From positions 21-64,020 of the forward strand of contig JBKDXM010000051.1 of NCBI GenBank assembly GCA_046306335.1: a stretch of 64,000 nucleotides of DNA. Reading direction: 5' to 3'. Position 1 is the stretch's first letter. Every line of letters starts with the position of its first letter. This DNA is from Planctomycetota bacterium. GTDB taxonomy: Bacteria; Planctomycetota; UBA1135; UBA2386. A program made the position numbers and the translations under genes. The notes below the pieces were generated by a model. The model searched no databases. It was not told the origin of the DNA and saw only the letters and a program-made list of their open reading frames with translations. Positions 7,917 to 17,451 of this stretch are shown in pieces.

Positions 7917-8990
7917 TCACTTCCGCGCCGCCGCCCAGTCGCTGCGATAGCGCAGCAGCAGGTCGCGGCAGCGCCGATACACCGCGCCGGTCGCGCGCAC
8001 GTCGTGGGCGTTGTACTCGGCGATCTTGACGAGGTCGCCGCGTTCGTACGCCGGCGCGACCATCGAACCGTCCATCTCGCCCTTGGGGCTCTGGATGCCG
8101 AGCGCCCAGCAGATGACGTCGAGCTTGCTGGGCCCGCGGCCCTTCTGGCCGAGGACCTCCAGCAGGTCGAGGTGGGGGCGCAGGCTGAAGCGCTGCGACA
8201 TCAGGTCGACGCGCACCGGCACACCGTGGATCAGGCTGCGCGCGGCCAGGAACGGCACGTCGAAGCCGCGGCCGTTGAACGACACCACCGTCTCGGCGCG
8301 GCTGCACAGCGCCCAGAACGCGCGCAGCAGCTCCGCTTCGTCCATCAACCGCAGCCACTTGGGGCAGCTGCTCGCGTCGAAGCCGGGCGGCGGCACGGCC
8401 AGCACGGTGACGTCGTCGATGCCGCCCTCGGCCTCGCCGTCGCCGATCGCCAGCGACACGACCTTGCCGAGGAACGGCGACATGCCCATCACCGCTGCCG
8501 GCTCCATCTCCTTCTGCTTGGCGGATTCGGACAGCGCCTCGGAGATCGTGGTCGGCAGCTCGCGGCGGTCGTGCGCCGGCACCGTCTCGATGTCGAACAC
8601 CAGCGTGCGGCAGCACAGGTCCTCGACCGTCGCGAGCGCCGGATCGACGATCTGCTCGGGGTCGTAACCTTCCGGCTTCTCGTCGTCCGGCACGACGCGC
8701 AGGCGGTCGACGACGAACTGGCCCTTGCCCTGGTACTCGTCGACGCGGCCGCGCAGCTTCAGCAGGCTGCCCGGCGCGGCCGCCTTCGCCGCGGCCATCG
8801 CCTCGGCGCTGTTCGACCAGACCTTGCCTTCGATCGAGCCGCTGAGGTCGCCGAGTTCGAGCACGAGGAACGGCTTGCCGGCCTTGGTCTGCAGCTCCTT
8901 GACCGTGCGCAACTGCGCGAACACGTCCCAGTCGTGGTCGGCCGGGTGCAGCGCAGCGACGTTGGGCGCCTGCGCGACGCGGCCCTTCAT
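7917..8990 (-). CDS. OB-fold nucleic-acid-binding domain fused to an RNase-H-like 3'-5' exonuclease (PolB-exonuclease-related, COG3298-like)
   Basis: ATG at 8990 inside track ORF 7917..10286. OB part: PFLVLELGDLSGSIEGKVW...LKLRGRVDEYQGKGQFVV. Exonuclease part: LVFDIETVP (ExoI), SFNGRGFDVPFL (ExoII), YNAHDVRAT (ExoIII). Confidence 0.8.
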   Translation of the reverse strand: MKGRVAQAPNVAALHPADHDWDVFAQLRTVKELQTKAGKPFLVLELGDLSGSIEGKVWSNSAEAMAAAKAAAPGSLLKLRGRVDEYQGKGQFVVDRLRVVPDDEKPEGYDPEQIVDPALATVEDLCCRTLVFDIETVPAHDRRELPTTISEALSESAKQKEMEPAAVMGMSPFLGKVVSLAIGDGEAEGGIDDVTVLAVPPPGFDASSCPKWLRLMDEAELLRAFWALCSRAETVVSFNGRGFDVPFLAARSLIHGVPVRVDLMSQRFSLRPHLDLLEVLGQKGRGPSKLDVICWALGIQSPKGEMDGSMVAPAYERGDLVKIAEYNAHDVRATGAVYRRCRDLLLRYRSDWAAARK

Positions 8991-9001
8991 CTCGCGTTCG
9001 T

Positions 9002-10189
9002 TCACTTCGTCTCCGCGAAGGCTGCCAGCCGGTCGGCGGCCTTGCGCAGCGCGTCCATCGACGCCGCATAGCTGAGGCGCACGAAGCCCGGGATCGCGAA
9101 CGCGCTGCCGGGCACCGCCGCCAGCAGGTGGCGGTCGAGCAGGCGCTCGCAGAACACGACGTCGTCGATGCCACGCTGGCGGCAGAACTCGCGCGCGTCG
9201 ATCAGCGCGTAGAAGGCGCCGCGCGGCGGCGCCAGCTTGAGGCCGGGGATGCGGTTGACGCGGTCGAGCAGGAAGGCACGGCGCTCGTAGAACGCCGCCA
9301 TGCGCTTCTCGTGCTCGCCGGGCACGGGCACCTGGCACGCGGCGAGGGTCGCCGCCTGGCTGATCGTGCACGGATTGCCGAGCACCTGGCTCTGGATGCG
9401 GCAGGCGGCGTCCACGACGGCGCGCGGGCCGGCGAGGAAGCTCGTGCGCCAGCCGGTCAGCGTGTGGCTCTTGGTGAAGCCGTTGACGACGATCGTGCGT
9501 TCGCGCGCGCCGGGCAGGGCGGCCGGCGACACGTGCGTCGCGTCGTCGTACAGCAGCGTCGCGTAGATCTCGTCGGAGACGATCCACAGGCCGTGGCGCA
9601 GGCAGGTCTCGACGATCGCCTGCAACTGCGCGCGCGTCGGCACCATCCCCGACGGGTTGTTCGGGAAGTTGAGGATGATGCCCTTGGCGCCGTGCTGCGC
9701 GATCGCGGCGGCGATCTGCTCGGGCGTGTGCACGAAGCCCTGCTCGGGCACCGCCGGCACGATCGCCGGCACGCCGTCGGACATGGTGACCAGCGCCGGG
9801 TAGCTGACCCAGTACGGCGCCAGGATCAGCACGCGGTCGCCGGGCTCGACGATGGCGTCGAGGGCCATGTGCAGCGCCGCCTTGGCGCCGGCGCAGACCA
9901 TCACCTCGTCCTTGCCGTACGACAGGCCGAAGGCCTGCTGCAGCCACGCCGCGCCCGCGGCGCGCAGTTCGGGCACGCCGGGCGCGGGCGTGTAGCGGTA
10001 GTTGCCCTGCTGGATCGCGCGCACGCCGGCGTCGGCGATCGGCGCCGGCACCGGGAAGTCGGGTTCGCCGGCGCCGAGCGAGACGACGTCCTTGCCCTCG
10101 GACTTCAGGCGCGCGGCCGTTGCCGAGATCGCGAGCGTCGCGGATTCCTCGATGCGGCGGGAGCGGGCGTTGGGCTGCAGGCCGGACAT
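9002..10189 (-). CDS. Class I/II pyridoxal-phosphate aminotransferase (aspartate aminotransferase-like)
   Basis: ATG at 10189. Motifs GEPDFP, NFPNNPSGMV and the NGFTKSHTLTGWR PLP-Lys motif. Confidence 0.9.
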   Translation of the reverse strand: MSGLQPNARSRRIEESATLAISATAARLKSEGKDVVSLGAGEPDFPVPAPIADAGVRAIQQGNYRYTPAPGVPELRAAGAAWLQQAFGLSYGKDEVMVCAGAKAALHMALDAIVEPGDRVLILAPYWVSYPALVTMSDGVPAIVPAVPEQGFVHTPEQIAAAIAQHGAKGIILNFPNNPSGMVPTRAQLQAIVETCLRHGLWIVSDEIYATLLYDDATHVSPAALPGARERTIVVNGFTKSHTLTGWRTSFLAGPRAVVDAACRIQSQVLGNPCTISQAATLAACQVPVPGEHEKRMAAFYERRAFLLDRVNRIPGLKLAPPRGAFYALIDAREFCRQRGIDDVVFCERLLDRHLLAAVPGSAFAIPGFVRLSYAASMDALRKAADRLAAFAETK

Positions 10190-10328
10190 TGGCCCGGCAG
10201 TAGAACTCCGTCCGCCGTCGAAGGCAAACGGCTCGCTCGTACGACCCGGGGAAGAAACCCGTCCATCCGGCGTCGGTGTCGCGCATCGTGCTCCCGGCGC
10301 GTCGCCGGGCTCGTTACCCTCCGCCGCG

Positions 10329-12461
10329 ATGGCCAAACCGAAGCCCAGGGGTTCGCGACGCATCCTCCGCAAGGTCGGGATCGCGCTCGGCGGGCTCGTG
10401 CTGTTCCTGCTGTTGTTCGTCGCCGCCTTCGTCTTCAACCCGTTCGAAGGCGCGGCCGGCGAACTGCGCGACGTGGTGCCGCGCGGCGTCAACTTCTTCG
10501 TGCGCAAGCAGCGCCTCGCCGACGACTTCGCCGAGTTCCCCAAGCCCCGCTTCTGGGACGGGTTGGCGGAGTTGCGCGGTTTCGCCGCGCTGGCCGACGG
10601 CGAGTTGGGCAAGGCCTGGGAACGCGCCGGCGTCACCCGGCTCTGCGAGCAGGCGGCGGCCGAGGTCGCGCGCGTGCGCGCCGACTCGGGCGGCTTCCTC
10701 GACGTGCTGCGCGACCTCGTCGGCGACGAGTTGCTGGTCGCGGGCTACGAGCAGGACTACTCGCAGCAGCCGCCGCGGCCGCTGGCCGAGCCGCAGTGGT
10801 GCGCCTACATGCGGGTGACGTGGCGCGTGAAGGCCATCGCCGGCCTCGCCCGCTTCGGCTTCGTGCAGTCGCAGATGCGGCAGGCCGGCGTCGACTGCGC
10901 CGTCGACGGCCCCGACCTCGTCGTCAAGCTGCCCGGCGCCGCCGCGCCGCTGCGCGTGCGCCGGCACCTCGACCTGCTGATGGTCGGCAACGACAAGGCG
11001 CTGTTCGAACAGAGCCAGCGGCTCATCGACGGCAACCGCGACGAGGAGCCGGTCGGCCGCATGGCGGCGTACACGGACGGCGCCGAGAAGCGCATCGAGC
11101 GCTGGGCCGACGTCAACGACGCGGCGCCGGCGAACGTCGCCGAGTTCGTCGTCGAGCCCAACGCCTTCGACGGCTTCCGCCGGTTCGCGGCGTCTTGGCC
11201 CGATCCGCAGGCCAAGGACAGCATGAACGAGCGCGTGCTCGCCGCGTTCCTCAACCTGCGCGGCTGGCAGCAGATCTCCGGCGGCGCGATGTTCGCCGAC
11301 GGCGCCGTCTGCGCCACCGGCCAGATCGGGCTCAACAGCCGCCAGCACACGACGTTCCAATCGAGCTTCTACAAGGCCGAGGTCGAGCCGCGCGAGAAGT
11401 GGCTCGATCCGTTCCTGGCGATGGTGCCGGAGTCGGCGTGCGCGGCGGCGGCGCTGCGCATGCCGGCGGGCGAGTTCCTCAACGCCATGTTCGACGCGCT
11501 CGACGAGAAGGAGCGCCAGCTGTTCGACGAGATGGTCGCGCGCACGAGCTTCCTCGGGCAGAACGTGCCGAACGTGCGCGAGTTGATCGAGCGCATCCGG
11601 CCGGCGCTGCTGCCGCGCACGGGCTTCGTCTTCCGCCAGAACGACCCGGTGACGGAACGCGAGGACAACGGCGAGCTGAAGATCCCGGTGGCGGCGCGGT
11701 CGCCGGTGCCGCAGGTGGCGTGGGTGTTCTGGCTGCAGCCCAACGGCAAGCCGATCGCCGACGAGGTCGTCACCCTGCTGCGCACCTACGCCAGCACGTT
11801 CGGCTTCCGCAAGCAGTGGCTGCTGTCGGTGCCGTTCGGCGGCGGCAAGCTGCCCGAGCCGGTCAACGAGTTCACCAACCCGCAGATCCCCGGCACCGGC
11901 GAGCTCGCGGTCATCGTCTTCCGCGAGTTCTTCGTGCTGTCGAACTCCGGTCCGCTGATCTGCGACATCCTGCGCGCCCGCTATCCGAGCCTGACCGGCA
12001 GTCGCTCGATCCGCGACCTGCCCGGCTTCGCCGCGGCCGAGCGCGAGCTGCCCAAGGACCTCAACGGGTTCGTCTGGCTGCACGGCGGCAACATGCAGCC
12101 GTTGCTCGACGACTACCTGGCGTTCGCCGAGGCGGACAGCGAACAGGCCGATCCGGAGTGGATGATGCAGAACCGCCCCAACGCCGAGGACCAGGTGCGG
12201 CGGCAGCGGTTCCCGCAGTACGCCAGCAAGGCGAGCATGCCGAAGAAGATGACCGAGCCTGGCGGCGACTTCGACGCCGCGGTGGTGGCGTGGTTGCGCG
12301 AGCAATGGCGCAAGGAGCGGTCGAACTTCACCGCCGAGGGCCGCGACCGCCTGCGGACCTTCCGCGCGGTCGCCGGTCTGCTCGACAGCGCCTACCTGCA
12401 GCTCGAACTGGAGAACGGGGCGATCCGCTTCCAGGCGCGGGTCGCGACGTCGGAGCGCTGA
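10329..12461 (+). CDS. Hypothetical membrane-anchored periplasmic protein (711 codons)
   Basis: ATG 10329 within track ORF 10002..12461. Basic N-terminus plus TM segment (IALGGLVLFLLLFVAAFVF), then normal composition over about 680 aa. No motif recognised. Confidence 0.6.
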   Translation: MAKPKPRGSRRILRKVGIALGGLVLFLLLFVAAFVFNPFEGAAGELRDVVPRGVNFFVRKQRLADDFAEFPKPRFWDGLAELRGFAALADGELGKAWERAGVTRLCEQAAAEVARVRADSGGFLDVLRDLVGDELLVAGYEQDYSQQPPRPLAEPQWCAYMRVTWRVKAIAGLARFGFVQSQMRQAGVDCAVDGPDLVVKLPGAAAPLRVRRHLDLLMVGNDKALFEQSQRLIDGNRDEEPVGRMAAYTDGAEKRIERWADVNDAAPANVAEFVVEPNAFDGFRRFAASWPDPQAKDSMNERVLAAFLNLRGWQQISGGAMFADGAVCATGQIGLNSRQHTTFQSSFYKAEVEPREKWLDPFLAMVPESACAAAALRMPAGEFLNAMFDALDEKERQLFDEMVARTSFLGQNVPNVRELIERIRPALLPRTGFVFRQNDPVTEREDNGELKIPVAARSPVPQVAWVFWLQPNGKPIADEVVTLLRTYASTFGFRKQWLLSVPFGGGKLPEPVNEFTNPQIPGTGELAVIVFREFFVLSNSGPLICDILRARYPSLTGSRSIRDLPGFAAAERELPKDLNGFVWLHGGNMQPLLDDYLAFAEADSEQADPEWMMQNRPNAEDQVRRQRFPQYASKASMPKKMTEPGGDFDAAVVAWLREQWRKERSNFTAEGRDRLRTFRAVAGLLDSAYLQLELENGAIRFQARVATSER

Positions 12462-12540
12462 CGGGCCGCGCGCGGGCGGCCGTGCCGGTTCGCGGTTGCA
12501 AACCGCCGGTCGGCCGCTAGTCTCCTCGCCCTCGCTGGAC

Positions 12541-12628
12541 GCCCAGGTGGCGGAATTGGCAGACGCACTAGCTTGAGGTGCTAGCGCCCCAAAAGGGCTT
12601 GCAGGTTCAAATCCTGTCCTGGGCACCA
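12541..12628 (+). tRNA. tRNA-Leu (anticodon GAG), type II with long variable arm, CCA encoded
   Basis: Acceptor GCCCAGG/CCTGGGC. Anticodon stem CTAGC/GCTAG with loop TTGAGGT. Variable arm GCCC-CAAAA-GGGC. T-arm GCAGG-TTCAAAT-CCTGT. Discriminator A followed by CCA. Confidence 0.9.
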
Positions 12629-12708
12629 TCGTCCAGCGGCCGCGAGTCGCCCCCCTCCGCTCGATTCCCGACTCAGGACGGCCGGCCGCCAGCGCCGATA
12701 GCATCGGC

Positions 12709-13347
12709 ATGACGGCAGGTCGCAGCGAGCGCGGGCGCGGGCACGACGGCGGCTTCACGCTGATCGAGTTGTGCATCGTCGCGACCGTTCTGGCGATCCT
12801 GGCCGTGGTCGGCGTTCCCCAGTACTCGGCGGCGCTGCGCACCGCGCGCATCGGCAAGGCCAAGTACGAGCTGCGGACGATCGCCTCCGCGGTCGACACC
12901 TACCGCGCCATCAACGGCGAGTTGCCGCTGGCGTTGGGCGTCGTCGGCTTCGGCGGCAAGGCCGACCCGTGGGGCAATCCGTACTGTTTCCTGAACTACG
13001 AGCACGGCACCGGCGACGGTTGGGCGTGGGCGGTCGACCAGGGCCTGCTGGACGAGAACGCCGGCAAGAACGCCAAGGGCGCCGAGTTCATCGGCGACCT
13101 GGCCCTTCGCGAAGTCGCCATGGCGCAGGCGCAGGGCGTGATGCAGGACTTCGTGATGCTGACGGACCTGCCGGTCCCCACCATGCAGCGCAGCGACCAG
13201 TTCAGCTTGCCGCTGAACTCCGACTACGACCTGTTCAGCATCGGGCCCGATTGCCGATCGTCCAGTTCGCTGGCCAACGAGTTCTCCCTGGACGACGTGA
13301 TCCGGGCCAACAACGGCGGCTACTTCGGTTTGGGCAAGGACTACTGA
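12709..13347 (+). CDS. Prepilin-type N-terminal cleavage/methylation domain protein (type IV pilin / T2SS pseudopilin-like)
   Basis: MTAGRSERGRGHDGG|FTLIELCIVATVLAILAVVGVPQY is the canonical G|FTLIE leader and hydrophobic helix. Confidence 0.8.
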   Translation: MTAGRSERGRGHDGGFTLIELCIVATVLAILAVVGVPQYSAALRTARIGKAKYELRTIASAVDTYRAINGELPLALGVVGFGGKADPWGNPYCFLNYEHGTGDGWAWAVDQGLLDENAGKNAKGAEFIGDLALREVAMAQAQGVMQDFVMLTDLPVPTMQRSDQFSLPLNSDYDLFSIGPDCRSSSSLANEFSLDDVIRANNGGYFGLGKDY

Positions 13348-13366
13348 CGTGGACCAGCAGGAGACC

Positions 13367-14005
13367 ATGACCGCACGCCACAAGCGCAGGCGCTACCTCG
13401 TCGACACCGGGCTCCAGGGCCGCATGCTCCTCGCCGGCCTCGTCCATGGCGGACTCGTGCTGGTGGCGCTCGTCTGCGGCGTGCTGGCGCCGGTCGTCTT
13501 CGATCTGTCGGCGTCGCCCACGCGCCGATTCGAGGAAGAGGCGCTGATCATGCTCTACCTGCACGACCGGATGCCATGGATCGTGCTGCTGTGCGTGGCC
13601 GTCGTCAGCCTGACGAGCATCCGCCAGTCGCACCGGATCGCCGGGCCGATGGTGCGCTTCAAGCGGCATCTCCGCAGTCTCGCCGCGGGCGAGGTGCCGC
13701 CGCCGCTGCGGACGCGCCGCAACGACATGCTGAAGGAGGAGGTCGCCTGCCTCAACGAAGCGGTCGACGGCATCGCCGCCCGCATCGACGGCGTGCGTGC
13801 CGCGCAACGGGCGGTGCACGGCGCCCTCGACCGGCTCGACGGGGGCGCTGACGACGCCGCCGACGGTTCGCGCGCGGCCCTGCTCGCCGCCGTGCGCCAG
13901 GTCGACGCGGCGCTGGCCGCCTTCGCCCAGGCCGGCGCCGCGCCCGGGCCGTCGCTCGCGGCCGCCCGGACCGAAGCGATCAGCCCGGGCTGCGCCGTGT
14001 CATGA
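13367..14005 (+). CDS. Small two-TM membrane protein with a HAMP-like linker
   Basis: AGGAG lies upstream of ATG 13367. Two hydrophobic segments are followed by SHRIAGPMVRFKRHLRSLAAGE (HAMP-like). The stop overlaps the next gene's start (ATGA). Confidence 0.6.
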   Translation: MTARHKRRRYLVDTGLQGRMLLAGLVHGGLVLVALVCGVLAPVVFDLSASPTRRFEEEALIMLYLHDRMPWIVLLCVAVVSLTSIRQSHRIAGPMVRFKRHLRSLAAGEVPPPLRTRRNDMLKEEVACLNEAVDGIAARIDGVRAAQRAVHGALDRLDGGADDAADGSRAALLAAVRQVDAALAAFAQAGAAPGPSLAAARTEAISPGCAVS

Positions 14006-15783
14006 ACAAGGCCGGCGGCGAGGCGATGGCGCTGCGCGACATCCTCGGCTCGCGCATCGGCCGCCGTTTCTTCGCGATGTTCGCGGCCTGCGCGCTGCTG
14101 CCGATCGCCGCCTTCGCCGTCTTCGCCGTCGATCGCACGACGTCGTTGATGCACGTCGAGGCCACGGCCGCGCTGCACGGCGCGGCCAAGTCGGCGGGCT
14201 CCCAGATCACGATGCGGCTCGGCCGCGTGGCGACCGACCTCGCGCTCGCGCGCGCCTTCGCCACCGAGGCGCTGCCCGACCGGTCCGTGTTGCAGGCCCT
14301 GGTCGAGTCGCGGTGCGAAGCCGCGTGGACGGTCGTCGACGGCGTGGTGGCGCCGCTGTTCGGCCGGCCGACGCCGATCCTGCCGCTCGACGACTCCGGC
14401 AGCGGGCACCTCGCCGGCGGGCGCCCGGTGGTCCGGGTCGTCGCGGGCGGCGCGCTGCTGATGCTGAGCTCGCTGCGCGAGCGCGATCCGGCGAGCGGGC
14501 TGGTCGCGGTGCGCCTGCGCATGGCGAGCTTCTGGAACGGCAACGAGCTGCGGGGCGTCGGCGCCGACGTGTTCGTCTGCGACGAACGCTGGAGCCCGCT
14601 GTTCCGCACCGACGACGCGGCGTCGGACCTGTCGCCGTTCGCGCAGGGCTCGCTGACGTCGCCGTCGTCTGGCACCGTGGCGTGGCGTCCGGGTGGCGAG
14701 GAGCATCTCGCGCGCTACTGGAACGTCTTCCTGGAGCCGCAGTACGGCTGCAACTTCTGGGTCGTGCAGTCCCGTCCGACGCGACTCGCCCTGGCCGTCA
14801 GCGACCAGTTCGCGTTCTGGTTCTCGGCGACCGCCGCGATGACCCTGCTGCTGGCGCTGCTGGCCGGACTCGTGCAGATCCGCCGCACGCTCGTCCCGGT
14901 CATGTCGCTGCGCGAGGCGACGAGGCGACTCGCCGCCGGCGACCTGTCGGCCCGCACGGGCGTCGATGGCCGCGACGAGATCGGCGCCCTGGGCATCGCC
15001 TTCGACGCCATGGCGGCGCAATTGCAGGAGAACATCCGGCGCCGCGAGGACACGGAACGCGAGCTCATCCGGTCGCGCGACGCCGCGCTCGCCGCGGTCA
15101 AGGCGAAGGAGGAGTTCGTCGGCCACATCAGCCACGAGTTCCGCACGCCGATGACCGAGATCCTCGGGGCAGTGGAGATCCTCTCGGGCATCGACGAGGA
15201 AGACGCCGGCGCCCGGGTCGAGTTCTCCGACATCGCCCTGCGCGGCGCGCGCCGCCTCGCCCGCCTCGTCGACGACGTGCTCGAACTCACCGTCAACGAA
15301 TCGTGGACGGCGGCGCCGGTCGACGTCGGGGTCACGATCACCGAGGCCGTCGCGGGCTTGCCGGCGGAGGCGCGCGCGCGGATCCGCGTCGACGAGTCGC
15401 CCGGCGCCTTCGTGCTGGGCAACGCCGACAAGCTGCGCGAACTGTGGAGCCGATTGCTCGACAACGCCCTGAAGTTCAGTCCGGCGGGAGCCCCGGTCGA
15501 CGTCTCGGTCACCGCGGGCCTGCACGAGGTAATGGTGGCCGTCGCCGACCGTGGGTCCGGCATCGCGCCCGAGCACCTCGACCAGGTGTTCGAGCCGTTC
15601 CGCCAGGTCGGGCGCGACCAGATGATCGACAAGGCGAACGGCGCCGGGCTCGGCTTGACGCTCGTCCGCCGCATCGTCGAGCGCCACCAGGGCCGCGTCG
15701 AGGTGTGCAGCGAGATCGGGCACGGCGCCACCTTCCGGGTGCGGTTGCCCGCGCTCGTCGAGGCGCCGGCGGCCCGCGTCTGA
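14002..15783 (+). CDS. Membrane sensor histidine kinase (extracytoplasmic sensor - HAMP - HisKA - HATPase_c)
   Basis: HAMP: LREATRRLAAGDLSARTGVDGRDEIGALGIAFDAM. H-box: FVGHISHEFRTPMT. N-box: LLDNALKF. G-boxes: DRGSGI and GAGLGLTLV. Confidence 0.85.
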   Translation: MNKAGGEAMALRDILGSRIGRRFFAMFAACALLPIAAFAVFAVDRTTSLMHVEATAALHGAAKSAGSQITMRLGRVATDLALARAFATEALPDRSVLQALVESRCEAAWTVVDGVVAPLFGRPTPILPLDDSGSGHLAGGRPVVRVVAGGALLMLSSLRERDPASGLVAVRLRMASFWNGNELRGVGADVFVCDERWSPLFRTDDAASDLSPFAQGSLTSPSSGTVAWRPGGEEHLARYWNVFLEPQYGCNFWVVQSRPTRLALAVSDQFAFWFSATAAMTLLLALLAGLVQIRRTLVPVMSLREATRRLAAGDLSARTGVDGRDEIGALGIAFDAMAAQLQENIRRREDTERELIRSRDAALAAVKAKEEFVGHISHEFRTPMTEILGAVEILSGIDEEDAGARVEFSDIALRGARRLARLVDDVLELTVNESWTAAPVDVGVTITEAVAGLPAEARARIRVDESPGAFVLGNADKLRELWSRLLDNALKFSPAGAPVDVSVTAGLHEVMVAVADRGSGIAPEHLDQVFEPFRQVGRDQMIDKANGAGLGLTLVRRIVERHQGRVEVCSEIGHGATFRVRLPALVEAPAARV

Positions 15784-15829
15784 TCGCCGCACGATTGCCG
15801 TGGGATCGCCGCGGGCGGCCGCCCTGCGG

Positions 15830-17278
15830 TCAGCCGACCGCGTCCGCGAGCAGGCGCCACAGCGCGGCGACGTCCGTCCGACCGGTCGTGAGCGCGCCGA
15901 TCGACACCCGCACGGCCCAGCGACCGTCGACCTGCGTCGCGGTCAGCCACGCCGCGCCGGTCGCGTGCACGCGCGCCAGCCATGCCAGCGTGTGGCGGTC
16001 GAGGTCGTCGCCGACCAGCCCCGGCGGCTCGTGGCGCAACACCACGGTCTGCAGCGGCACGGGCGCGAGCACGCGCCACGGCGGCGCGGCCGTCGCCTGG
16101 TCGGCGAGCCAGCGCGCGTTGGCGAGGTCGCGCCGCAGGCGCGCGCGCAGTCGTTCGGCGCCGTGCGTGCGCAGCAGGCTCCAGAGCTTCAGCGCGCGGA
16201 ACCGGCGACCGAGCGCGATGCCCCAGTCGCGGTAGTTGCGCACGCGGTCGTCGACGTCGGTGCGCAGGTAGCTCGGATTGGTGCTGAGCGCGCGCACCAG
16301 CAATTGGTCGTCGCGCACCCAGAACACCGAGCAGTCGAAGGCGGCGCCGAGCCACTTGTGGGGATTGACCACGATCGAGTCGGCGCGTTCGACGCCGTGC
16401 CACAGCGGCCGGCACTCGGGCAGCAGCATCGCGCTGCCTGCCATCGCCGCATCGACGTGCAGCCACGCGCCGTGCGCGGCGGCGGCGTCGGCGCAAGCCG
16501 CGATCGGGTCGATCGCGGTGGTCGCCGTCGTGCCGGTGGTGGCAACCACGGCGCACGGTCGCAGCCCGGCGTCGGCGTCGGCGCGCATCGCCGACGCCAG
16601 CGCTTGCGGGTCGATCGCCCGCGCGCCGTCGACGCCGATCCTGCGCACGTGTTCGCGTCCGAAGCCGGCCAGCAGCGCGGCCTTCTCGATCGAGCTGTGC
16701 GCCTCGGCGCTCGTGTACACGACGAGCGGGGCGCTGCCGTGCTGCATGCCGGCGCGCGCGGCGCCGTGCGCGCTCGCGCGCTCGCGCGCGCACACCATGG
16801 CGAGGAACGAACACGTCGACGCCGTGTCCTGCAGCACGCCGCGCCACGCGGACGACAGTCCGCACAACTGCGCCAGCCACTCGGTCGCGCGCTGCTCGAG
16901 TTCGGTCAGCGCCGGCGCGGTCTGCCAGGACAGCCCGAGCGCGCCGATGCCCGTGCTCAGGAAGTCGCCCAGCACCGACGCGAGGTCGCCGTTGGACGGG
17001 AAGTACGCGAAGAAGCGCGGGTGCTGCCAGTGCGACAGCGCCGGCAACAGGACGGCGTCGAGGTCGCGCAGCACCGCCCCGAAGCCTTCCGGGCGCTCGG
17101 GGGGCTCCTTCGGCAACGCCGCGAGCACGTCGCCGGGTCGCGCCGTCGTCTGCACCGGCAGGCCGGCGACGCGCGAACGGTAGTCGGCGATCCAGTCGAC
17201 GACCTGATGGCCGAGTCGACGGAACTCCTCGGGCGACATCCCGGCGGCAGTCGCGTCGTCGTTCGGATCGATGGGCAT
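15830..17278 (-). CDS. Pyridoxal-dependent (group II) aromatic-L-amino-acid / tyrosine decarboxylase-like enzyme
   Basis: ATG at 17278. Motifs HWQHPRFFAYFPS, TSAEAHSSIEKA, HVDAAMAGS and the NPHKW PLP-Lys motif. Confidence 0.9.
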   Translation of the reverse strand: MPIDPNDDATAAGMSPEEFRRLGHQVVDWIADYRSRVAGLPVQTTARPGDVLAALPKEPPERPEGFGAVLRDLDAVLLPALSHWQHPRFFAYFPSNGDLASVLGDFLSTGIGALGLSWQTAPALTELEQRATEWLAQLCGLSSAWRGVLQDTASTCSFLAMVCARERASAHGAARAGMQHGSAPLVVYTSAEAHSSIEKAALLAGFGREHVRRIGVDGARAIDPQALASAMRADADAGLRPCAVVATTGTTATTAIDPIAACADAAAAHGAWLHVDAAMAGSAMLLPECRPLWHGVERADSIVVNPHKWLGAAFDCSVFWVRDDQLLVRALSTNPSYLRTDVDDRVRNYRDWGIALGRRFRALKLWSLLRTHGAERLRARLRRDLANARWLADQATAAPPWRVLAPVPLQTVVLRHEPPGLVGDDLDRHTLAWLARVHATGAAWLTATQVDGRWAVRVSIGALTTGRTDVAALWRLLADAVG

Positions 17279-17451
17279 TGGGTTGGTCCGGCGTGCTCGC
17301 GGCGGTGGCATGGGGCGGTCGCGGCGCGGGTGCGCGCGCGGCGGCGACGCGCCGGGCGCGCCGCGAACGCTGGCGTACCCGCGCATGTTCTTGCCGGCAA
17401 CTCCGGTCGCTATGCTCGCCGCACCCACGACCGAAGCCGCCACGACTCGAG

